This document shows, one piece after another, positions 54,299-64,000 of a DNA stretch of 64,000 bases. This DNA is from Bigelowiella natans CCMP2755 (taxonomy: Eukaryota > Protista > Cercozoa). Numbering within the stretch: the first letter of the stretch is position 1; each line of letters begins with the position of its first letter. Made by a program: the position numbers and the translations under genes. The notes under the pieces are model-generated. The model did not search any database, was not told the origin of the DNA, and was given only the letters and a program-made list of their open reading frames with translations. The stretch lies in contig ADNK01002518.1 in the NCBI GenBank assembly GCA_000320545.1, positions 1 through 64,000 on the forward strand. The letters run 5' to 3'.

Positions 54299-57023
54299 GA
54301 TCAGAATTTCGAAGATACTGAAGTTGCTCAGTGGTACAACGTTGGATCCGGGTGATTACTACTTGTCCTATATCGTTTCTATCTATTTAATCATTGTACA
54401 CTCACTATCATCGTCATGAAATCCTTCCGTCGATAGAGTAATAGCGAGAGTTTTAATATTACATATCCCGTAGCAATGAAGTTTTGTGCCTCCTCCTCCT
54501 CCTCCTCCTCCTGATAGAAGATACGACGTGTCCTTCCTTATACATTATCGTAGGCAACGGATACAAAGCATTGACATTGCGAGAATGCATACGCTATTGT
54601 GGAAGATCGATTCATATATGACCAGATTAGGTTGTTGTTGGTGTTTACTACTCCTCATGCGTATTGGTAGTAGCAGTAGCAGTAGCAGCAGCGTGTTCTT
54701 TGTTCCTACTGTGGAATGAGTGAATGAATGGCTGACTGGTTGGTGGTAGCTGCGAACAACAACAACAACAACTACAACAACAATAACACGAAGAAGAAGA
54801 AGATGATGATGATGAGAGGGAAGTGACATAATAGTGATGTGACGATGTACACATGAATCTGAAACATGTATATTACAGTCCGTAAAATGAAGCCAGAGCA
54901 AATACAGAAATACAGCATGGCTTCGTTGTTCGAGGTGGGTGATTAAAATGTCTAGTATTATTCACACAGATTCATTAATTGGTGAGTAAAGAATGAGGAG
55001 GAATAATTATTGATGATAATGATGATGATGGTGATGATGATGACGATTTTATCTGTGATGAATACGACAACGACGATGATGATGAACATGAGACCGTGTG
55101 GTTGGGAGGGAAGGAGACTATATATCACCTTGTGAGAAGATAATACACCTTCTGGTGCTACTCAATCAATAATCATCATCCTCATCACCATCATGATATA
55201 AAGGTGTGCCGTAAGTCTATTTTAAAACGATTCTTCATCAAAGCACATGATAGAGGAGGAGGAGGAGAAAGGAAAGTACCCACAGAAGACAATTCTACTA
55301 CTACCACTTGTTCTTCCTCTCGTTCACCCGCCGATGATAGGATTCTTACAAAAATTGAAGAAAAAATTCTTTATAAACTTGCACGGTACTAGAAGAATGA
55401 TAGGGAAAAGAAGAAGAAGAAAAAGAAGAGGATGAAGAAACATCGAGTAGCTATTAACGTGGAGTAGTAGCGGAGTAGTAGTAGTAGTGGTAGTATTACT
55501 ACTAGTAGTAAACAATTCTAGTGTAAGTATCTGCTGCTGCTACTTTAATGAGTGTTAGTTGTTGATGGATGTTCTCCGTTACTTTTTTTGTCAACAGACG
55601 TGCTTACGGTTATGTCTCAAATCTGGAAGATACAAGTCTTGAATTTGTCCGTCCTCCCCCGGTAGGTATTTACTTATTTGTTTGTCGTCACTTATAATAT
55701 GAATCTACTTATTTGTTTGTCGTCACTTATAATATGAATCTACTACTACTACTACTACTACTACTACTGAAACTATCTTATCAACATCGTACTATACGAT
55801 ATCATCGTCATGAACATGCATAATGTATCCTTCTATTTCAGGGTGGGGAGACGTTCTCTTCTTCTTCCTCTTCTTCTTCCTCTTCTTCAAGATTTGATAC
55901 AGATGATCGTTTTGGTTCTCCTGAGCACGTACGTGAAGAAGCTCAAGAGATCAATTCCAAAATTTTCAAGTCCAAAACAACACTTAAGGTGATGATTATT
56001 CTTTTTCCTATAATTGATATTATTGTGTCAATTGACTACTACTACTACTATCAACAAATGCATGCACCATTCATTGTGTATTATCAAGAGTATATCTCCT
56101 TAGAATCGCCCACATCGTCATCTTCCACATCATAATTTCAATGAAGATACTTTAAACAATATACATCTCCTAGTTGGATTATTTGCCATCATTATCTCAT
56201 TAATTCGTCAGTCTCATTGATCTAATCGTTATTATTACTTAATCCTAATGATCATCGACGTTAAGGTTGAAGCTGCCAAGGATGATGGAAATAAAGGGGA
56301 TCGATTCGTCGTAGATGGGTAAGTAAGTAAGTAAGTGAGTAAGTAGAATGACTTCTCTCATCATTATCATCATCATCATCATCATCATCATCATTGCTTC
56401 ATTGCATGAATGACAGTAGGTATTCTTATTGCACAACACAGATACAAATGGCTCATAAACTTGCTAGCGGATAAATTACCTATACAAACAGAGGTATGAG
56501 TGAGCAAGTCTCTGTACGTTCATTGCGTGTAAATATGATGATAATGGTGGGTGTAGAGAAGGTATTTCATCGTGTTCTTCATCATATGGTTATTGTTCAG
56601 AAATATATTGATATTCCAATCCAAATAAGTCTTCTTCTCTCCCCTCCCCCCCCCGTATTTCCCTTACTCTCATCAGCGTGAGGTGATATCCATCAAAGAT
56701 ATCAGTGGCGGGTCCTCCTCCTCCTCCCTAGAGAACAAAGAAGAGGACAAAGACAACAGCAGTAAGTAGTGTGTCCTCCACCTTGATAAGAATACCAGAT
56801 GTGTGACTTCTTATTCTTCAATAGCTATCAATAATACTTATAATATCCTGTTTGACGTTGGTAATAGGATGTTCATCATCACCCTCCATGGCACCTGATC
56901 ATCACTACCCAATATTAGTCACTTGCAAAGATGGCTCTAAGGTACTAGTAGTAGTAGTACTAGTAGTATCTTTATCGTGTAATCGATGGTAGATAGTAGT
57001 AATAAAAGCCCCACAGTACACAG

Positions 57024-57062
<39 letters not shown>

Positions 57063-58067
57063 ATACACACACCTTATAATACTGCATATGTTGGCTACGA
57101 CTTTATGATTCCTTATTTGGTTGCTCGTAACACTTGTCCTCATTTCATGCTAACTAACTACTTTCTTGTTTGCATGTAGTTTTGGTGTAAAAGGGTGATA
57201 TGTACATTACCTCTAGAGATCCTCAGGGTATGTGTGTGTGTGTGTGTGTTATGTATGAACGTTCTCTGTGTATTATTAGTATTACTTGCTACTACTACTA
57301 CTACTACTACTACTATTCATAACTTGTAATATAGTGGTGGTGGTGATGGTGGTAGTAGGAATGATAAGAGTAGTAATAGAGGAATGACTTAAAACGATTC
57401 GAGTAGCCATCATCATCATTATTATTATAATCATCATCATCATCATCATGATACACAGGAGACCATATTTTCTCCATCGCTTTCGAAACACAAGATAGAG
57501 GCAATGAGAAGGTAGTAGGTTTGTTGGTGCTCATCATATGTAGCAAGTAAGAGTGGGAGAGAGAGGGGGGGGGGGAGAGGAGAAGTATTGCCATTCTAAT
57601 CATCACCCCCCCCTGCCCGCCCCCTCTCCCAGGATTTCCACAGGGGCTCATAACAAGATTATTCTTCGATTCAATCATTTGAAGGTATTACAGTAACAAG
57701 AAAGAGAAAACATCTCACCCACTTATTCTATTGTGTGATGCTGCTGTTACTACATAAAGAAGATATTTTGGCCTGTGGATATCCCCCAATTCAACTGTGA
57801 CGACCCTCGGTATGGTGATAATGATGATGAATTTGATCATGATCATGATACTCGATTATTGTTGTTCTTGTTGTTTGTCGTACAATGGTGAATGTCTAGT
57901 AAATGGACTATATCATCTTAGAAAAATCTGAAATCATCATCAATATCACATCATCATACAATATCATCATACAATATCATCATGTTGTTCAGATTTCAGT
58001 TTTTAAATCTCCATTGTTATGGGAAAGCTGGCATTATTCTCGCTCATGTCTGTAGGGACACCAGCAT

Positions 58068-58114
<47 letters not shown>

Positions 58115-58965
58115 TTATAACATTATTCTCACGATCATTGCGAAGAAGAAGAAGAAGAAGAAGAAGAAGAAGAAGAAGAAGACGATGACAACAGTCAGCT
58201 GCATCATAGCGATAAATAGCTTCACTTACGACGTGATATTAATAGATGATGATGATGATGATGATGACGATGATGATGACAGCTGTAGTCGGAATTCATG
58301 CAAAGATTGTTTCTCTTTCCTCCTCCTCCTTGTCGTCGTCATATGTCTTCGTGTTGTCTAAATTATTGTTGAAGATATTTCCTCCCTATGCCTACGGATA
58401 TGGCGCTGATTCTCAAAGCAGCAGCAGCAGCAGCAGTAACAACAACTTGGAAGTTGTTAAAGAGGTCACAATATTAATAACCGGGAGCTACTACTATAAT
58501 TTAATCTAATATTTGTTATCATAATTATTATTTTTAATCTCTATGAAAGGTATTGGTAGTGCTTTCCAGGATGTTTGGAATATCAATGAGTGCATTGCAA
58601 GAAAGATTGTTGGACTACATCGTGACAAGATGGGATGATGAATCCTATTCGAGAGGATCCTATAGTTACTTGAGGCCGGGAGGTTGTATGTATGTATGTA
58701 TTATTATAGTACTATCAATGTTAATTAATATATAAATATAAACATTATGTAACTTCTTCAATCGATTTGTCTGTGTGCAGGGCATATGCAGCATTTAAAA
58801 GACCTACAAGCACCCCTTAGGAGAACATCTACAGGAGAAAATATTGTGCATTTTGCTGGGGAAGCATGCACAACCGTTGGATTTCAGGTGGCAAGCGATG
58901 CAGTATATGCTTTGGACAATAGACACGACGAAGATGATTTGTGTTTTTTACACGCACACACAAAC

Positions 58966-59008
<43 letters not shown>

Positions 59009-59266
59009 ATTACATAATAACGCAGCACTGTGTCTTCTATAGTTTGGGAAGGGAAATCGTACGACACAAATGATGTACAATAATAGTATTATCATTCAGG
59101 ATGGTGTAATGACACTCCTTTGTTTGCTTTGTATGTGAGCCATCATCACCAAGTACAACCTGGCCGCTTAGTCACGCAGTATAATTTTTTTTAGTGCGTC
59201 CACGGTGCGTACATTTCTGGAGAGAAAGCTGCATGTGAAGTCGCAAAAGATTTAAAAAAGAAGTAG
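53087..59266 (+). CDS. Flavin-containing amine oxidase (polyamine oxidase/LSD1-like fold), many exons (start approximate)
   Basis: YDVVIVGAGVAGLSAA..LEARSRIGGRVHT, DLGANYIHA, VTRWDDESYSRGSYSY, VHFAGEACT..VHGAYISGEKAA. Confidence 0.85.
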
Positions 59267-59289
59267 TCGATGTGTGGCTGCGTATGCAT

Positions 59290-60900
59290 ATCGTCATCAT
59301 GCATCATCGAAAGCTCTAAGTTTTCGTTGACGACAATGACAGTCGAGCGGTGTATAGATAAGCACACCAATAACTACTTAGATTTGGTCACCATCAGCTG
59401 AGTTGCCCCTCCTCATATACGTAGTGCATGCCATGGCTGCGCAATGTCCACATGGCCATAGCCATGAAACGGATGCAATGAACAATCTTTTAAATGGTGA
59501 GCATCCTGATGTAGCCATGCAAACCAGCGGCTATAGCGCTTGAATTGTATCTGTTCACGTTTCTGCTGTGATGTCTTTCATGCATGAAAATACAATGTGG
59601 CGCGCAGTGTAACGTGTTTCCTTCCATTCTGGTGAACAAAGTCTTTTGCTAGTTTAGTCTCGTCGTCTTTGTCCGCCGTGATGGTAGTCAGTTGATTACC
59701 GTGTGCTGTTTGTTGATGAGCATGCTTTGGGCGGCTCAGCAACGCCACATAGCTGCTTACATAGCTGCTCAATGTAGTAGTGTGTGGTCGCAATCCCAAT
59801 TTCCTGTTTGCAATTGCTGTGCAGGCTGGGATGATGCATTCATCTAGTTTATGAGACGGATGTAATGAATGCTAGAATGAATTAAAATTTTCAATGGTCA
59901 TCCCAAGGTAGCATGCAGAGCAGCGGCCAGCAGCGGTTAAATTGTGTTTGTCTAGCACAGATGCAGCAGCACCATGGGCCACACCCACATTTCATTTCCC
60001 ATCTGCCGTCAGTAGAGGGAAATCGCAAAATTTTCATTTCAAAAATTCACTTACTGACGACCTACTGCTGAAGTGAATTGCTAGAATGACATGGCAAAAT
60101 CACAGGCACATCCCATGTGTTTTGTGAAAACAATCTTTGTTAAAAATGACATGGCAAAATCCACAGCAGAGCATCGTTAAAAACACTGTAAATTTGTTCT
60201 CACCTAAAATGATAAATGACAATGTTCAAATCAAAAATGGGGAAGCCATTGGACAAATGGCTGACGGAAGAACAATTCAGATCTTTGAAGAACAAAAGAT
60301 TTTTGTGTGTGATGTCGTCTGACATGGACACACACAAAAGGAAACCTACTGAAGAACTTGTCATCAAGTTCGGTCAAGGCAAAGGAACTCAACCAGCATC
60401 AAGATCAAAAGATTACATGTCACATTGTGGACATACTGATAACAAAAGGCCCTGGATGGGTTGCTGTAAACTGACGGCAAATGGGAAATGAAATGTGGGG
60501 TGTGCCCCATGGTGCTGCTGCATGCTTGCCACCAAGGTGTGATCATCGGCATGCATGCGCTTAAATTTGCTGACGATCGCACGCACGTACGTGCGTGATC
60601 ATGATAGACATGCAATACACAATATATATAATATATATAGTGTATTGCTGTGTCTATTATCTTTACGTTGTGTGTCGTGATCAGTAGACATGTGCGTGTC
60701 GTTAGATGCATGCATGGTGCCGCCGAAATTGTCGCTTGCTGGCGGCACGTCTATGGGCCGCACAATGCGACATCTGGCCATGCAATAAGACAACGCAACA
60801 ATGCCTGCATAGGGCATGAGAAATCATTGATCACGACGGCCATGCACGCACCTCCCCGGCTGGATCAACAACATGCAACAACGTAACGTGATGTAATGAT
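59290..60900. repeat. Repeat island between convergent amine oxidase and PH-gene ends; includes hairpin-repeat copies 4 (59465-59555) and 5 (59852-59950) and a MITE
   Basis: Two copies of the shared repeat. aatg-CTAG-aatg (59868). ttcat-CTAG-tttat (59839). Confidence 0.7.
59961..60523. mobile_element. Non-autonomous DNA transposon (MITE) with ~53 bp terminal inverted repeats
   Basis: 59961-60013 (ATGCAGCAGCACCATGGGCCACACCCACATTTCATTTCCCATCTGCCGTCAGT) is a near-perfect reverse complement of 60470-60523. No transposase ORF inside. Confidence 0.85.
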
Positions 60901-61238
60901 TTGGATTGATGCATACAAAATGCAAAATTATTATTGATCTACAACTTCATCACTGTTATCGAGTGATTGCTCTGCTAGTTTACATGAGAGGCAACGACAT
61001 AAAGAATAAGATTTACATTTGAGATATAAAGCTTGTTCACAGCAGCTAGCTACGAGGTGACATGTTGACTCAATGAGTCATTGTTATTAACCCAGCATTT
61101 ATGTGATAATCCAACGACGCGACACCATTTCTCCAGCTCCAAATCGATGAAAACGGTAGTTGTCACAACAGTATTCATGTGTAAAAGAATGATGAGACAA
61201 AAAAATAATTTTGGCATCACTTGTTCCAATTGTAACAA

Positions 61239-64000
61239 TTACTCACGCTCACTTCTGACGTTTATATGAGTGCTTTTCATTCTTTTGACATATTTCATTA
61301 GATCCCCAGAAGTGAGATGTTTTGATTTATCGAAGCTTATCACAAGATTGAAAAACTGCATCCATAGCTCAAACGTTCGATCAGTGCAGGCTATCAAATC
61401 TACGGAGATCCTATCCTTAGATTTGAAAAGGAGAGAGAAAGATCTTCGTGAGTACATCTCCTTCTTGTGAATTTTCTTTATTCGGCGTTTGAATAATTGA
61501 GTCTTTTGGCCAACACACACGTCTCTTATACTAGCTATAGGAAAGCTCTTGCTGTGCCGTTTCCTATTTTCTCCCCAGAATAACGTTTTTCCATCATCAC
61601 TTACCCATAGCAGCCTCTCACGTGGACTACCACGTCGCCCATACTTGATAAATGCACTGCCCTTTTTCAGTTCTTCCAATATTACTTCCATTGTGTCGTC
61701 GCTCTTTCCTTGACCAATCGGTGCTTTCAAGTCTTGTGTATTCTCCCTTGTAAGCATGGGTTTCACATCAGCGGCGTCTAAGGGGTTGTTCCCCATTTTT
61801 GACTGCTGCTGCTGCTGCTGCTGCTGTTCTGAGTGTTGCTGGTGCTTCTTTTCTTCTAGCATATTATCTCGTGGCTTATGTACTGCCGCTGCTCCTGTGG
61901 AATCTGCGGGCACAAGCTCTTTTGGATTCTTGCCACCCCCCTTTGTTGCAGCACTCGAATGTACGACGTTGTCATCCCTATCCGGTTCAAACTTCTTTGT
62001 AGTAGTAGCCTTCATATCTCTCTGTAACTTAGAAGCAGACGTATTCTTGCTGTTTGGATCGCCTTCTTCGGTGGCATGTCTAGGTGTCATCATATTAACA
62101 TAGCTTCGATCGAGGAGTTCTTTCTCTTCGCCGCTATGCTGATCATCTTGGCCCTCCTCTGGCTGGAGCTCTTCCAACTGAGATCCTGGTTGCGTATCTG
62201 TTTGAAGAATTGAAACAGAGACGGCAGCAATGGGGTCATTCTCACCATCGTAAACAATTTCTGTATTGTTTCTCTCTCTTGCTGATAGCTTCTGGATCTT
62301 TCCTTGGGATGGCGTCTCTCGTGTCACTACAACAGTCTCTCTTTGCCACTTTGATTCACTTCCTTCATATTCATCAAGAACCGCGCCTGTATCTTCTGCT
62401 TCTGATGCAATTGACGAATACATTTTATTTTCCTTCGTGCTTCTATCTACTTGTTCATCATCGTCATGCTGTGCTAATTCTGGGTCGTCATTTTCACCAA
62501 TATCATCTCTTCTGCTTACATTCTGATCTTGATGCTTTGCATCGATTAATCCTTGCTCATTAGAGGTGTTGGTAGTGGTTATAACCTTGGTGTCAGGACG
62601 ATGATGATGATTATCACCATCAGATGGTTGCAGCTGGGTACTACTTCTTGTATGACTAGCACCACCCCTTTGTTCTAACTCTATGGTATTCCGTCGTTCA
62701 ATTTTGTCGCTTTCGACATCATCATTCTGCTCCTCCTGATGCCACATCCCACTAAGTAGCACGTCCGTTTCCAGCATGCTATCTAATTCATCAAAAACTG
62801 TAGGAATTTTCGAGCCTTGCTGTCTTAACACTGTTTTCTTTTGTTTTTCTTTGTCTCCTCCTCCTTGGCCGACAACAGCATCGTCACCGTTTACCACCTG
62901 CTGGTGCTGCTGCAGTGGATGATAAGTTTGAATCTCCATTGTAGAGTTAGTAGCTGCCATGCCAAATGACAATGGGCTGCTTAAATCAAAAGGGTGCTCC
63001 GACTTTTGCTCATTTTTGCCATTTCTATATTTTTTTCCAGCAGTAGCTATTGAGGCAGGAGTAAGATAGTTTTGCTTTCCATCCCTTATCCACATTTCGA
63101 TGAATTTACCATGAAGGTAACCTGCCACCTCCCCAACGTTGTTACGACGGGAATACGATGACGATGACATATTCGATGCATTACCACTGATCTGATTATT
63201 CAAGGCCATATGCATAATCAAACCCTTTATTTTCCGCTCATAGGGAATTTGCTTTAGCTCGAATGCATGCAAAGCCAAAAGTCCCATGCAGGACGTAAAC
63301 TCAGACAAAGCTAACTTCGATCGATTAGGGTCCTTGAGAATGTTTTTTCTGTCAATAGTTTTTGCCATAAGGAAGTACATTCCAATGTCCAGTGCTGTGA
63401 TGTTCAGGGTTGTAATCGAAAATGCATTGCAAATTTTCAGGAAGGTCTTGAAGTTAATGAGACAAGAATCTGAAGCAGACGTATAGACTTTGATCAGTTT
63501 TTCAAAGAAATCTCGATAGAGATAGAGAACATTTACAACTGACTGCATTCGTAAGAGCTTCAACTTTGGATCAGGGATCCAACGCTTTGCATTAGGTAGT
63601 ATCTTTTGGAATATCAGCTCTTGGACTGCTGCTTGAGAAGAAGACTGCGACGACGTATTTGATTTTTTTGGGTTAGTAGCCTTCTGGTTCTTTTTACTTC
63701 CGCTGAGTATACGACTATGTGCCACTTTCTTCAGTGCTTGAAGGAATTGCTCAAAGGTAACGTATCCCAAAGAAGTTTTAGCATCTGATGCCTTCATGAA
63801 AATAATGTCAACTTCTTGCCTGATGAGGTTTCTATCCAGCTTCTTCGCCGATTCACGATTATTTAGTAGTAGACGGGAATCATGAAGAAGTTGAATGAAT
63901 TGTTTGTTGGACATATGCTCTATTTGTCCTGGTTTCGAGGATTGGAGGCAATAGAACGTGAAAATTCTCCACAACTCATCATATGCGTCGAAGGTGGCAG
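61239..64000 (-). CDS. Large protein with an N-terminal p25alpha/EF-hand-like region, an acidic linker and a C-terminal PH domain; 5' end lies outside the window
   Basis: Frame is open to the window edge. N-terminus MSNKQFIQLLHDSRLL..EVDIIFMKA..TFEQFLQALKKVA. PH domain LKKGSAFIKYGRRGSPRERLLWVSDDGKTLFWG..IRDVCVGQKT..SFSLLF..SVDLIA..FELWM. Confidence 0.75.
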   Translation of the reverse strand, partial: ATFDAYDELWRIFTFYCLQSSKPGQIEHMSNKQFIQLLHDSRLLLNNRESAKKLDRNLIRQEVDIIFMKASDAKTSLGYVTFEQFLQALKKVAHSRILSGSKKNQKATNPKKSNTSSQSSSQAAVQELIFQKILPNAKRWIPDPKLKLLRMQSVVNVLYLYRDFFEKLIKVYTSASDSCLINFKTFLKICNAFSITTLNITALDIGMYFLMAKTIDRKNILKDPNRSKLALSEFTSCMGLLALHAFELKQIPYERKIKGLIMHMALNNQISGNASNMSSSSYSRRNNVGEVAGYLHGKFIEMWIRDGKQNYLTPASIATAGKKYRNGKNEQKSEHPFDLSSPLSFGMAATNSTMEIQTYHPLQQHQQVVNGDDAVVGQGGGDKEKQKKTVLRQQGSKIPTVFDELDSMLETDVLLSGMWHQEEQNDDVESDKIERRNTIELEQRGGASHTRSSTQLQPSDGDNHHHRPDTKVITTTNTSNEQGLIDAKHQDQNVSRRDDIGENDDPELAQHDDDEQVDRSTKENKMYSSIASEAEDTGAVLDEYEGSESKWQRETVVVTRETPSQGKIQKLSARERNNTEIVYDGENDPIAAVSVSILQTDTQPGSQLEELQPEEGQDDQHSGEEKELLDRSYVNMMTPRHATEEGDPNSKNTSASKLQRDMKATTTKKFEPDRDDNVVHSSAATKGGGKNPKELVPADSTGAAAVHKPRDNMLEEKKHQQHSEQQQQQQQQSKMGNNPLDAADVKPMLTRENTQDLKAPIGQGKSDDTMEVILEELKKGSAFIKYGRRGSPRERLLWVSDDGKTLFWGENRKRHSKSFPIASIRDVCVGQKTQLFKRRIKKIHKKEMYSRRSFSLLFKSKDRISVDLIACTDRTFELWMQFFNLVISFDKSKHLTSGDLMKYVKRMKSTHINVRSERE

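Noticed and set aside
55671-55745. 35-bp tandem duplication in an amine oxidase intron
   Set aside because: An ordinary local duplication with no effect on splice sites.

Overview
Intron-rich, gene-dense nuclear DNA from a flagellated protist. It is probably a chlorarachniophyte such as Bigelowiella, inferred from gene content, intron style and a bipartite leader; this is not verified. About 14 spliced protein-coding genes are present: ARP4, an orphan, Mps1/TTK kinase, enkurin, CRY-DASH, a CCT-domain protein, an organellar helical-repeat protein, G-alpha, primase PRI1, WDR34, a kinesin-4, a bacterial-type GT4 glycosyltransferase, a U-box/Sel1 protein and a flavin amine oxidase. There is also one long intronless p25alpha-like/PH ORF cut by the window edge. 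Next to gene 3' ends lie about ten 0.4-1.6 kb repeat islands holding LINE 3' fragments, a MITE and a ~100 bp hairpin repeat. The islands carry two unusual signatures. (1) TpA is almost eliminated by TA->TG/CA transitions while CpG is kept. (2) There are dozens of tiny insertions of the form NNNN-CTAG-NNNN (CTAG between a 4-5 bp target duplication). Comparing repeat copies shows these are true insertions, and one frameshifts a LINE ORF. Together they suggest an undescribed repeat-targeted mutagenesis or genome-defence process, or a very active island-targeting DNA transposon with CT...AG ends. Gene boundaries and splice sites were read by eye and are approximate.
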